64,000 bases of DNA from Vicugna vicugna (Eukaryota). The DNA lies in contig MU058059.1 of assembly GCA_013265495.1 (NCBI GenBank), forward strand, positions 1,302,001 through 1,366,000. The letters are read 5' to 3'. The number at the start of each line of letters is the position of its first letter. The first letter of the stretch is position 1. This document shows, in pieces, positions 51,445 through 64,000 of this stretch. Both the position numbers and the translations under genes were made by a program. A model generated the notes under the pieces. That model worked only from the letters and a program-made list of their open reading frames with translations, did no database searches and had not been told where the DNA came from.

Positions 51445-53859
51445 TTATTTTATTATTTATTTCCTCATGATTATTTTATAATCTGATTTTTCTAACCCAT
51501 CAAAGCCATTAAACTCTTGGCAGTCCAAATCGAAGGAAAATGGCATCGTCTAAAATTATTCAAAAAAGGAAAACAAATCAATGAACAAAAACACAAGGAA
51601 ACAGTGAATGAGGGAGAACCATGTAAACAGAGGAGACTGTTCTCTTTGCTAATAAATAGAGTGACACACACGATACACGAGGTACCCCCTCAAGGCAACG
51701 GTAACCATGGCAACAAGGAGAGAGGCAATGTCCTCGGAGTGACTCAACCAAGTACCTAACTGATGTACTGAACATACCTCAGGTACGTCCTCACACAGCA
51801 CTGAAGTATTTTACGCCCTTATTTATGTAAAGTTACTCATTTTAGTCGACACTCCTTTAATTTACAAAGAGATGGAATCTTCTTGTACCTCCTAACTTAC
51901 GTAATAGAGCAGGACTACGTTTACAAAGACAGCCCAGGTGTCCTGGGGTCAGCAACAACGCTGTTTTCTGTTTGGCGGTGATGATATTTAGGTCTGAGGA
52001 ATTTCAGCTCAGAAATCTACCACGATGACAGCCCGACGGAACACTAAGGCTCATTTACATATACTTACGGCACCCAGTTCCGACTCTCTCTCCATTTAGA
52101 AATAAAGTGCTCGGCATTACTATCTGAAGTCTCCTTTCTCTGCAATAATGGATTGTCGAAATAGCAGTGCTGTCTGGGTAGAGAAACCCAGGACAAACTC
52201 TGGTTAAAGGCCCTTTAAGAACAGGAATTCCACTGCCTCATCCCCTCAACTGCCCCCGCGTCTCTGGCCTTCTCTCCTGCCTACCTCTGCTGTAGCCTCC
52301 AGAACCAGGCCTGAGCTCTCCCTCACTGACTGTCCTGATCGGGCACAAACCTCAAGCTTAGAAAACTTCTTCTCATAAAACAGGCATGTTCTTTCCGAGG
52401 AGACCATGTACTAGGGCAGTTTTTCCCCCAAGTCCTTGGTACCTGTCATGAAGGCAAAAAAGCGTCTTGCGCCCTCCTCCTCATGGAGGGGGCAGGGCTT
52501 CCTCCTGGTGCTCCTGGAAGTATCTGAGAGGCACAGCTTCTTTGCTGTAGTCTGAGGACTCTTCCCTTTAGTACTGGGATTAGAGACGAGGACGACCAGC
52601 CTGGTGACACCCTGGACCAAGTGATGACTGAAGCAGAGAGATGCTTGCTCTGGGGGAGTCCAAGCCCCAATACACCCACCTGACTCTTACGTGTTCACAG
52701 ACTGCGGGCGAAACGCCCACATCCCTCAAATCTGACGCTGGGAAGAAGGCGAAGTTATTAGGATTCCCTGTCTCCTGCCTGGGATGATGGGCCGAGAATC
52801 TAAGAATCTAGGTCTCCCATGTGGGCCTAAGAGAAAGAGGACTGTGCATGGTTGGAACACAAAGCTGGAATTCCAGTCCAGGAAAAAGCTCCGTCTGTCC
52901 CTGGGTTGTCCCTCTGCCCCAACTCCACACAGTAAACACGTTGAGGACCTCAGCTTAGCACCCTGCACCTCATCACTGTCCCGGAACACTGGCTAAGGGA
53001 CCAACAGTGCCTGCAGGCTGCAGTGACTTGGATCAGAAAGCCGCGTTCTAATATAACCAGAGACGGAAGAGGATGTGTCAGCGGCAGATTCTAGTCCCAG
53101 AGGGATATTTCTGGAATACTCTGAGGAAGCTTATGGCTTGGCTGCCCACACAGCGCCAGACTTGGTGCTGTGGGATTCAGCTTTCAGAGCTGCCAGTCCC
53201 TCGAGCCTTACAACTAAAAATAAGTAGCTACTTATTAAAGAAGATTTATTTTTCCTAGATGTTTTTATTCTTCCATGATCACTTTTTCCACAGTTGAATT
53301 TTCAAAATATTTTGTCAATAACGTTTATAATTCTTCAAAACCCATAAACTATAAACTATGTCTTGATGCCAGCGAGAAAACTGACTTTTCTCATTTTCAT
53401 GTTTTTCTGGAACTTAACGGGAAAAAGAGTTTGCTCTAAAAAGAAGGACGAAGGGAATTTTAGGAAAGACCATGCAGAATATGTTAAAAACCAAGCTAAA
53501 AAAAAAAACCTCATGATCTCCTAGGAGGGAGCCTGGAGGCCTGCACACCCCACACTCACTTCCAAGATCTCCCTTCCTGCTCCGAGCCTCACGGGCCACA
53601 TGAGGGTGGCTTCCAGCAGGATCCCACCAGCGAGCGGAGGTGTTTCAGCGCGTTTGATGGGGAAGCAGACTCATTACTCAGATCTCAGCACCTCCACATC
53701 TCCTAATCTCAGCCAGTCTCTAACTTGGGATACAGGTCTCTGCTATTTATTATTTTAAGCAAGGTAAGGCTAACAGCTCTCCTTTTTAATGAGAAACTTT
53801 TGCTATATTCCTTCTGTCCTGGAAGTGCTTATTATTAATATTTTAACTGACACCAAAAG

Positions 53860-55440
53860 AAGGTAGCAGAATTCCATAACCAGCAAAAATATTTTTGAAA
53901 TGTTAAGCCAAAAGAAAACCATTTCTGAAGAAAAACTTACTTAAAAAAACATAGCTAGAAGACACACTAAAAGAAACACAGAAGAGTTTTTTCCAGAGGA
54001 AAGATGATCCTATACAAAGCTGTGTATTTTACTAGCTACAATATCTACTAAAAATATTAAAAATCGATAACCAACAAGCTAGTACAGAAAAAATAGCATA
54101 ATAAAGTAAATTCTTGGTTAATAAAAAATAAAGCAAGAAATATGAAGCACACAAAACTGTTGAGAAAGATAGAAAACAATTATTAAAATAGTTATAAACC
54201 CAACTTAACAGCAATAACATTATAAATGTGTCAAACACTCTACCAGAAATACCACTATCATCAGACTGAATGTCAAAGTAAGTATCACATGCCACTTACA
54301 AGAGACATGCTGAAGTCCAGGACAGTGACGGTCACTCGACTTATGACAAACAGGGGAAAGGAAGGGGTTTTTAATAATAAATGATACTGCGTCAACTGAT
54401 ACTCACATAAAAGGTAAGTCTTGATGCCTATGTTTTACCATGTATAAAAAATTATGTCCAGGTGCACGACAGGGCTAAATGTGAAAGAAAAAGCAAAGGT
54501 TCTAAAACGAAGAATAGCAGAATACGGTCACAAACATGCAAGAGGCACACGGTTTAAACAGGACACTGAAGAGCCACCCACAACAGAAAGGACTGGTGGA
54601 CTGTATTACATTGTGGGACTTCTCTTCATCACCAGGCACCATGGGAGAGAAAGGCCAATCACAGCCTGGAGAGGAAGACACCTGCCACACGTCTACCCGG
54701 TGATGCACTCAGGTACAAACACAGAGAACTCCTCCGTCTCAACAAGGAAAACACGATCTAGGAGGCAAACGGGAGAAGTACTTCACAAAAGAGGCTGCTC
54801 AAGCAGCCAGCAAACGCGAAAATGTGTTCAAGTTCACTAGGCTTCAGGGAAACGCAAAATTAAAAGCATAATTAAATAATACTGTAGACCCCAAAGAATG
54901 GCTAACATTAAAGTGACTGGCCGAAACTACCTGCTGGCAAGGACGTAGGGTACCTGTAATTTCCAAACTGTGCTGGGAGGCATGCGCTGGGACAAACGCT
55001 TTGTGACAATATTTGACGCCAGATCCTGAGGTTGAACTTACACAAACCCAGTTACCCAGAAATCCCGCTCCTGGTTATATGCCCACGGAAACGCAGCCAC
55101 ATTTCCACCCCGTCACACACTAGAAGGTTCCTCGTAGCACCACTGGTAAGAGGGCAAAACTGAAAACAACCAACATTAAAATAAATACATTGTGATACCA
55201 TCATAAAATTGAACAACATGCAGCAATCAGTATAAGCAAACCATGATCTGAATGGATCTTACGAACAATGCTGGCAAAAGCAGCCAGTCATGAAAGAGCA
55301 CACACTGTGTGATTTCATTTATAAAACAGAAACAAAGGACCTGATGGCAGCGCACATCAGGAGAATGAGCACCCCGGCAGGAGGTGGCAACTGGATGGGA
55401 TGAGCTGGGGGTCCAGTCACCCTCTTCTCTGGACCCAAGA
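53860..55440 (+). mobile_element. Old degraded L1 (L1MC/MD-like), internally deleted
   Basis: ORF1 end and ORF2 start, then ORF2 C-terminal and 3' remnants (tcactcgacttatgacaaa..., gaggttgaacttacacaaaccc...cccgctcctggttatatgccc). Confidence 0.7.
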
Positions 55441-57727
55441 GTAAATGGGTATGATCCGTCATGTACGTGGCTACAAGGTTTACCTAAAAAAAAAAGAACC
55501 TAGCAGCTGTGTACGCACTGACTTAGGAAGATAACCATGGTATATCAGCAAGCGCTAATCAAGGTGACCTGCAGGTCACCAAATACAAGATGATCCCTAT
55601 GTGTAAGATACTAGCAATAGAAGATTATACATACACACAATACTAGTAATATAAAAGAATAGACACTAGCAAAGAAAATAAAAAGATGAATTGTTACATC
55701 CAAAGTCAGTCCATGAAGGATTTATTAACCATGTTTATCTCGTATTTTTTGCTCTATGAAATTTTCTGATTTTTATAAAAGTGAACACTGGTTATAATTA
55801 GCACTAAGAATCCCCCCAGTTTTGCAGCTGACCAAGCCACAAGACCGAAGCTGCCCCCTGGGGAGGCACAGCAGGCGCCCTGTGTCTGCGGCACAAGCGG
55901 CTGGGTTTTGGCTGCTCTGGCTCTTGCGTCTCTAAGGACAGAAGGCAGGTGGCGCGGATGAGGAGGTCCCGTGTACGCAACAACACGTGCTTCCCCCAGC
56001 CTCGCTCCACGTGTGTCCAAAGGAGCAGAGTTAGTGCAGTTCTCAGCGGAACAGTCACGGAGCAAAGGTAAAAACCTGCCAGGCCACTACGCAGATGCCA
56101 ACTCAGCCCCCGAGAAGGGATACGTGGATTGATCTTTGTTCGTGCATTATTCACTCAGCAAAAGGTGCAAAGGAAAACTCCCATCCGTGTGTCCTAGGAG
56201 TCACACCCAGCGAGCTTCCCTGCAAACCTTTCCATTAGTAAGACACACTCCAGCTTACGTCTCTTAATTTTACTACCAAGCGTCCCTCAAGATAATCATG
56301 TTTTCCTCAACCAATTTATATTATTTAATTCAAAGTTTCTGTTATTTAACCCAACTGTTATATATTCTTACAGGAAAGGAAAAAACGCTGATTCTCTAAG
56401 AAGGGTATTGAAAAATAATGGGTAGCCTTTGAAAATCTCTTATTTATCTGCCAAGCATATCAATTGTGAATAAAATGATTTAGAAAATACAGATGTTTCC
56501 AAGTAAACACTGCAAACACGCCCAAGATACAAGCAGAAGCTGCACGTGTACATCTGCACTGGGCACACAATCTCCAAAAACCAAAGGTACACCGTTTTCC
56601 CTCATGGGAGAAATGGAGAACAAACTTCAATACATTTACCTTAAGAAAAGAAAAAGAAAACATTTCTAATGACTTTAAAAAGGTGTTTATTCAAATCTGT
56701 GGTCAGACATCCCATACCCCTCCCCCCCAAATAAAGGTAAGGATTTAGAAATTATGCTCAGATTTGTAGGCTCACAAAAAAATAAAAAGGAAATATGAAA
56801 TAATTATTTAATATCACCATAGCGACATATTTATTCTCATTATTTTGTCTCACCCAGGTTAGAAGCAGAGAAAATGAGCTTAACTGCAGTAACAAGGATT
56901 ACTCACTACAAGGAAGAACGGCTTTGGGTGACAAAGGGCTAACAGAGAGTAGGTGCTAAATGAATCCTGGGCTAGAGCGGGTCCGCGCAGGCCTTCCCTC
57001 TGCCAGAGCGCAGGGGCCCTGCGGCTGCGTGCTGGGGGCCAGGCGGGGGCTCCCCGTCGCTCACGCTCTGGGCCTGTTAACACAGACCTTCAACAGGAGG
57101 AAATCGAATGTCCAAATCAGAGAGCACTGTAAATGCACCAATGAATCAATGCATACGGTTGCAAACTTCTTATCAACTACGCAGAAAAGAACAAGTGCTT
57201 ACTGAACAAGCTGGATTTCATCCTCCGCAGCAGGCAACTGCGTTTTGCTAGTGATATTTTCTGTTTTTATAAGGGTGATCTTCATGACTACTTTCCCTAT
57301 GTGAACTACAAAACTGACTAACAGGAACATATACATAATTACTTTGTGGAGATATTTTCAAAAGTGTCAAAATATGAATTAAGACACTGACACTTTTTTA
57401 GGGTTCCTCATACTGTTGCAAACATGTTGTTTACAGAATGAAGGCTTGGCAAAACGGATTAGAACATTTGTATGGAGCGGCTTCCAAAAGATCAGTTATT
57501 TATTTTATTTTATTTAAAGTGATGCTCCTATCTGGTTATAGACACAGAATTTCTTCTGGCTAGGGAGACACGTATAGGGGCACAACCAAAACAGAGAAAC
57601 TTCCCTCCATTTTCTGAGGAAACGATTCTTCATCCCTTTGTGGGTGAGATGAAACCAAGCGTTCTTTCAGCTACGAGCAGAGCACGGGCCCTGCCAGAAA
57701 TGAGCCCACGGAAGTCACAGCCCTTCT

Positions 57728-58433
57728 GAACCCTTGTATACTGCTGGGGGGAATGCCAACTGGTGCAGCCACTGTGCAGAACAGTGTGGAGGTTTCTCAA
57801 AAACCTAAAAACAGAACTACCATATGACCAGCAATTCCACTCCTGGGTATATATTTGAAAAAAACAAAACCACTAATTTGAAAAGACACGCACACCCCAA
57901 TGTCCACAGCACCATTATTTACAATGGTCAAGATATGGGAACAACCTAAATGTCCATCAACAGATGACTGGATAAAGATGTGGTGTACACACACAATGGA
58001 ACACTATTCAGCCACAAAAAAGAATGAAATTTTGCCATTTGCAGCCACATGGATGAACTTGGAGGACATTATGCTTAGTAAAATAAGTCAGACCGAGAAA
58101 GACAAATACTGTACGATATCACTTATATGTGGAACCTAAAAAAATACAACTAGTAAGTATAACAAAAAAAAAAAAGCAGACTCAGATACAGAGAACAACT
58201 GAGTGGTCACCAGTGGGGAGAGGGAAGGGGGAGGGGGAGGTCGGGTTGGGGATAAGGGTGTACAAACTATTAGATATAAAATAAGCTACAAGGATATACT
58301 GTGTAATACAAGGAATATAGCCAACATTTTATAATAACTATTAATGGAGCATAACCATTAAAAACTGTCAATCACTACACTGTACACCTGTAACATATCA
58401 TATTGTACAGCAACTATAGTTGAATTTAAAAAA
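57728..58433 (+). mobile_element. L1 3' end (L1MA9-like), 5'-truncated
   Basis: ORF 57900..58139 (...KIWEQPKCPSTDDWIKMW...ILPFAATWMNLEDIMLS) is the ORF2 C-terminus, followed by a G-rich 3' UTR tract and A-tail. Confidence 0.9.
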
Positions 58434-59258
58434 AGTCACAGCTCTTTTGTTCAATGACTACAAAGCACACTCCTTTTTTCTTAAGAAAAGTCCAACAGGT
58501 GACTGTACTGGAGATGAAGTGCAGTGCTACCCAGTGGGGCTAAGTCGCTGCACTTCTAGGCAAACGAAGAGAAAACTCACTAATTTCCCCCCCTTTAGAA
58601 GATACACAGATCTCCTACCACGTTCTGGAAGATACAAACAAATTACCAACATTTTCATCCGACCAAATAAAAACTATTGCATCAAGTTAACACACCCAAG
58701 GGGAAATTTATTCCTTAGCTCACTACAACGTAAGGTCAAAATTACAGAAGAAATTCTATCTATACTGGGTCTTAACTGCAAAGAAACATAATTAAATGAA
58801 AACATGCAACTCTTTTTCCTATACTCTAATAATCCCTCAGCTTCTAATGGTTCAGCTTTGTTCCATAAACTTTCTGCCTGTCTTGCTAATGAAATCACAT
58901 TTTCCAGTCCTCAACTTCTAAAAATGCAAGGAGACACTGCAGATGCCCTCCATGCCCTGTGCAGGTGGCAGAGAGAGTCCACCCCTGACACGTGTGTTTC
59001 TATAGGCGTAGATTTGCCCTGCCATCAGTGAGGACCACAGAGATAGATTATACAGCCTGCTCCTTCCACTTTAAACATAAGAAAATTAAGGTCAGAGCAG
59101 TGAAGTCGAGTTGAGACTAGAACCCAAGTCTCTGAGCCGCTGGCAAGTGCTTTCCCCCATTCCTTCTTGGAAGGGACAACATCCACTAAGCAGACAAGTA
59201 AGACGACCTTCGCAGCGGAAAGCAGAGCCTGTGCGTCTGCCAGTGTTTTTGCTCTTAC

Positions 59259-59326
59259 CTCTGAGCGGATTATCCAAGGCAGTATCTTCTTCTCTGATTT
59301 TCCCATACTTTGCCTGCTGTACAAGT
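59259..59326 (-). CDS. L3MBTL4: L3MBTL4 coding exon (68 bp): (R)LVQQAKYGKIREEDTALDNPLR(E)
   Basis: Acceptor tttctgctctctgcccag| and donor AG|gtaaga. Peptide aligns with recalled human RLVQQAKCLKIKGKEDIDLDNLFRE. The terminal G plus AG from the 4020 exon form GAG (Glu), keeping frame. Confidence 0.9.
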
Positions 59327-60404
59327 CTGGGCAGAGAGCAGAAATAAAATCTAGATTCATTATCCTGGGAGGTGGGAATTAATCACGACAGCAGCACAAA
59401 TTTAAATAGAAATCACAGGGTAAACAATAGTGAATTAGCAGGTATTTTGCTGCACAGTCTCATTAGAATATTTCTTCAGTTCCAGCTTCAAAAACACACT
59501 TCTGTTCAGAAACTCTAACTCTGAAACCTGAAACTTCAAAGCCCGCAAGCCCTCGTTCCATTACAGCGAAGAGTTTCTAAGACTCTGGACTCCTCAGGTT
59601 CTGAGGAGCTGTTAGAGGCTGGCGGTGACGGTGCGGGAGGTGAGTAAGCAAGAATTACTGCTGGTGAGTTTTTGTCCTTATTTCAATCAGAAGATTATAC
59701 ACATTGTGCTCAAACAACTGTACAGAGTAATTTAGTTACACTGTTGAATGTCAGGGAATTAATTAACTTTTAAAATGCTCCAGTATGCAGTAAGGACTAA
59801 TTCTGTAATTCTTTCATCAAGGAACTTTATTAAAATCTGAGGCTCATAGTTCATGATGAACATGGAAGGTTCTAAACTGAAACTTTTCCAGTGTTGCTGA
59901 TGATCTAGGAACTCATTTCAGGTGGACAGAACCTCAGATGGCTGATTAATTCACCTGTAACAGTTAAGATTTTAATGAAAATTATGACACCTTGTTTGGC
60001 AAATCTATTTTTCTGATTGCACTTGGACAACAGCTCTGTCACTTTATCTTGACTGACAAGCCTTTTAAGTTTGCACTGTTTCGATTTCTGTTTTAGATGC
60101 AGAAACTGATTCAGTTCCTAAAATCTTACATAGAAACCCAAGGGACTGGTATGCAATGTGAGGTAATTTTCATCTATGTTCCATAAACATGTATGTGATG
60201 GTAAAAACACATTCTATTAATCAGCCACTTTTTAACCATTAAGACTTTTCTTTTTCAAAAGAATTCCAAGAAACTAAGAAAGGATTTCTATGGAAATCCC
60301 ATCCTCGGACCTTACGAGAAGGTCCCCCATAGTTCCTGTGAACCATACCACCCCCAGGCAGTTAACCTCTGTGGAGCCACGCAGAGCCCAGAACACTCAG
60401 CGTG

Positions 60405-60550
60405 GGAGCCCGGGTCCATGTCTCAGCACCGTGCCCTGGGTTTGAGACCCAGAGCGCCCAGTTAAACTCTACAGGATGCAGTTTCCCAACCTGCAAAATG
60501 GGGACAGTACTTGCCTTACACGGTTTGTTCGGAACAATCAGTGAAACAAT
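60405..60550 (+). mobile_element. MIR SINE fragment
   Basis: cagttaaactct...cagtttcccaacctgcaaaatggggacagtacttgcct. Confidence 0.6.
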
Positions 60551-61294
60551 ATGTTATAAACTAGTCCGCAAACTCTTATGCATCACGGACATGCATAAAA
60601 ATGTGTGGAATATTTTTATGAAATCAATGTTTAATCTTCATTATTTATGTATATATACATATATTCAAATACATAAAATCAGGATTTATTCACATTCTTG
60701 TGAGAAACAATAATAAACGGTAGAAAGAGGTTTAACCCTACACATAGAGTGGAGAGAGCTGGTCAGAGGCACGGCATGTACACAGTCTAGTCACTTTGCA
60801 AAGAATAAGATGGGGAAAAAAAAAGCACACTTTTAGCTCTGCCTACATATTTTTGCAAAGCAGTTGGGTATTTTCCCAAAACTTTATAAATTTTATGAAA
60901 TTGGGTTGATTCTCAAACCATCTTAAAGCATCCTTCTGCGAGACACGCTGATAAAGATCGTGATTCTATCTCACAAAATAAGAGAAGCTAGTAGGCCTTA
61001 TATAACTTGATGAAGATTTTTAAAAAGCAATTTAAAAATAAATCAAATAAATCTACTGAGTGGCTTTTTAAAAAAAATTCCAGGCACTGCAATTAATCAC
61101 AGATATATTTAGATAGAGTTCTTGCTTTCAAAAGTATTACCTCACTAGGGAGATTCGGCGAGTCAAGCTCTGTAAACAGCTCATTTCCTGAGTGAGGGAG
61201 GTCCTGCCTGAGGACTCCCAGACTCTTCATCTCATTCCACCTCACCTCCTTCCCACATACACGCTACAAGGCAGGCATAGGACGCTTGTTGTGA

Positions 61295-61395
61295 ATCAGG
61301 AAACTGAGGCTCAGAGATATTAAACCACACGCCCACCTTGGGGGCGCAGTGAGTTGATGGCGGAGCCAGGATACAAACTCAACAGACTCCAAATC
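61295..61395 (-). mobile_element. MIR SINE fragment
   Basis: aggaaactgaggctcagagatattaa...ggcggagccaggatacaaactc. Confidence 0.65.
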
Positions 61396-62536
61396 CAGCT
61401 TCCTTCTACTCCACAGGTCCTCTCGCAGGGACGGAGGGTCCCTGAACACTTACGGAGGCCTGGAGAAGGAGAGGCCGCAGGCAGAGCCGGAGAAAGGGGG
61501 AGACAGGGATGCTGCCAGTGGCTGGAGGCAGGACACGGCTCTGCGCTGGGTGTGGGGGTGGACGCAGCCGGGTCTGTCCCGAAAGAACAGGGGTGCAGAT
61601 GGCCGAGGGGGCTGGAACGGGTGAGAGAAAAGCAGGTACAGGCACGGAAGGAGCAGAAACCAAATGAGAGGGACAGGGTTTGGGGGACGTGACTAAGCTG
61701 GTCAGCTTATTTGGCTGAGGCACCTGCACTGTGAGGGGAAAGGAAGGACCAAGGGAGAGGTCACAGGACTCAGCCGGAGCCGAGCCAGGGGAGCCTGCGC
61801 GCTGTTCTCGGGCACTTGGGGTTTACCTTGAAGGCAGCGGAAAAGGCCGCTGTGGGGCTGCACCCGGGGAGAACCCACCACATAATCAGCCATGTTCAGA
61901 GGTGGTCAGGCCAGCCATGTACTGAAGATTAACATCTGTCTGCATTTCAGCTAAAAAGGCGACACCACTGAAATCCCAGATACTATGACTTCACCAGCAA
62001 TTCTTCTTGAAGCCTGGCCGGCACCTTTACCACACAGTCATCATAGCTCCAGCGTGAAAACGACCTTCAAAATCCTTTGCTAACGGTGTGGCTGTTACCA
62101 CAGCAAGTGTCAGGCTACCTGTCTGTCTGTCTACCCTTGATTCATTCTACAGGGGAGTGCAAGTCTTAGCCCATTCAGTTGGCGAGACCCGCCGCTGACG
62201 TCCGTGATCTTTGCTACCCACCGTCTTTCCAAGTGACTTGCCTTTTCCTTAGGATTCTGCTGCTTCCTGTTGAAAAAAGGGGGCTGCATGTTCTGACCCT
62301 CCTCCTGTGCTTCCTCTGCTCTTAATGAGGCAGATCAGTGGCAACTGTTTCTGAGCTTGGTAAACACCAGGCCTGTACCAGGTGCCTAACACAAAGGAGG
62401 TGGTATTAATCTTATACAGATGTGCTGAAGAAGACAGAGAGGTTAAGTAGCTCGCCCAAAGTCACACAGCAAGTAGAAGAGCCAGAATTTGAATTTAACT
62501 CAGGTTAGTCTTCATGTAAAGAAACACCTTCTAGAC

Positions 62537-62747
62537 CATGAGCTGGCAAACCACAGGCCACGAGGCAAATCCCGCCACGGCCTATTTTCATAATTGAAGC
62601 TTTGCTGGAACACAGCCACGCTCATCGGTTTACTTGCTGTGTATGACGGCTTGCATGCTGTAGCAGAGATTTTACAACTGGAAGAGCCTAAATAAAATAC
62701 TCACTATCTGGCGCTTTACAGAAATGGTTTGGGTTTGCTGACCCCTG
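62537..62747. mobile_element. MER58A-type hAT-Charlie MITE
   Basis: Ends catgagctggcaaac... and ...gtttgctgacccctg; internal ttgctggaacacagccacgctcatcggtttac; imperfect 8-bp TSD ttctagac/ttctagga, typical of hAT elements. Confidence 0.8.
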
Positions 62748-63494
62748 TTCTAGGAAGAAAGATTCCTGAGACCAAAAATATGCACGCCCAGTGATGGTTT
62801 CACACAGCTATCTTTTCCCAAAACTGCCCTAACAGCTGTCCTGGGTTATGACTTATAATGGGGTGTGGACAGCAAATACTGGGCTGTGACTGCTTTTTAT
62901 TTTTAGACAAACTGTCCAAGTCCAGTCAACATTTCTTTGAGCATTTCCTGCACGCAGGCTGCGTTCAGCCAACGTGGTGTCAGCCACCAAGAGACAGGAT
63001 AACCTAACAGGGGATATGGATGTGTCCACTGCCAACCTGCACACAGAGTGGGTGGAGCAAAGGGCTGGAACTGAGAGATGAAAAGAGGAAGAAACCGCAA
63101 TGGGGTCACAAAGGAGGGAGTTTCTGCTCTGAAGGTCGGAGAGGTTAGAGAAATCTTTCAGAGGGAGATGAGCTTGAACAAGGCCTCAAAGCAAGCTCTG
63201 ACTGAGGAAAGCAGAGGCAGGGACTCGCAAAGGCACAAATGCGGGGAGGGTGGGGGTGCTGAGCAGGCTGCAGGCAGGTCACGCAGACCCAGAAGCTCTC
63301 TGCATCCGTACGTCCCTATGCATCCTTGTGTGCAGGGATGCAGGGACGTGATTTACTCAGAGCAAAGCAAGTGGGTCAAATACCCACAAGACTCTATCAA
63401 GCCAAAGAAGGATTCATATAATACATTTAGTTTGTAAATCAAAAGTAATTAAACTTTGAAACATACTGCATTATACAGTGTCAATGAATGATAC

Positions 63495-63695
63495 AGGTAC
63501 ATATGAAAATGTTTAGTGCAGCCTTATTTATAAGAGGAAAAATACTGGAATCAACGTGAATGCCCGTCAACAGGAGAATGAGATACGTTAAGGTTCATCG
63601 ACACCATGGAATATGACACAGTTATGAAAAGTAATGCACAGAATCCACTTGGGACGATTGTGCAAATTATTCATGACAGGTTGTCAAATAAATCA
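63495..63695 (+). mobile_element. Old L1ME-type 3' fragment
   Basis: aatgtttagtgcagccttatttataagaggaaaaatactggaatcaacgtgaatgcccgtcaacaggagaatg. Confidence 0.65.
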
Positions 63696-63701
63696 AATGT
63701 A

Positions 63702-64000
63702 TTTTTAAAGCTGGTATCTTTTTATTGTCAGACTTCCTTGGGGCCAACAGATAACACTGCCGCACGGCTGTCTGTAAGGAATCAGGTCAATTTGTTTTTC
63801 CTTGTGGGCAGACTTAGTTGCGTAGGTCTTTGTAACTTCTCCGTATAACAGTGAAAGGCCAAGACCAGATTATTTTTCTTCTGGTCATAAATGCTGATTT
63901 ATTTACAAGCGCTTTGTTCAGACCTCAATTATAAACTTGGGATAAAAACGTGTGTATGTTACTAAAGCCTCAGTATTTAACACCCAGGGGCTTTAGCGGT
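63702..64000 (-). pseudogene. Probable 3' end (3' UTR) of a processed pseudogene running off the window; parent tentatively G3BP1 from memory only
   Basis: Minus strand ...gtaaataaatcagcatttatgaccagaagaaaaataatctggtcttgg...caactaagtctgcccac...tctgacAATAAAaagataccagct followed by a short A remnant. AATAAA at 63721-63726; abuts an L1 fragment. It resembles a recalled mammalian mRNA 3' end, but the parent is not verified. Confidence 0.5.

Larger units (their letters stand above)
4021..59258 (-). other. L3MBTL4: Large L3MBTL4 intron (55,238 bp, GT-AG)
   Basis: Defined by the flanking exon boundaries; no further L3MBTL4 coding segment is needed between them. Confidence 0.85.

Noticed and set aside
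59025..59360. ORF-track entries overlapping the 68-bp exon
   Set aside because: They are in other frames or on the other strand; the L3MBTL4-matching frame is not represented in the track.
1..64000. CRISPR arrays, operons or other prokaryote-type novel systems
   Set aside because: The sequence is mammalian intron. There are no regularly spaced repeat-spacer arrays or dense coding regions, and the duplications found are two-copy events.

Overview
Mammalian genomic DNA, almost certainly camelid (camel/alpaca/llama), judged from a Vic-1-type tRNA-derived SINE and artiodactyl-type L1 3' ends. The window covers the 3' part of L3MBTL4 (MBT/SAM-domain Polycomb-family gene) on the minus strand. Three coding exons (59259-59326, 3851-4020, 31-93) splice in frame with canonical GT-AG sites and give (R)LVQQAKYGKIREEDTALDNPLR-E-HSAQRTQQVLHLSVFTSALSAQPFRVLPLGREQHRKLLPGVADVRAGEVAQWTVDE-VVEFVRSLLGCEEHAKCFKKE, ending in the N-terminal half of the SAM domain. 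The rest is intron (one of 55,238 bp) with L1, L2, MIR, Tigger/hAT MITEs and simple repeats. Nearly all ORF-track entries are spurious or L1 remnants. I found no convincing new biological system. The most notable features are sharp local A/T-to-G/C substitution patches inside old repeats (a likely GC-biased gene conversion footprint), three local duplications (one bracketing an inverted L1 fragment), and a probable processed-pseudogene 3' UTR at the right edge. Repeat family names and human comparisons come from recalled sequences, not from a database search.
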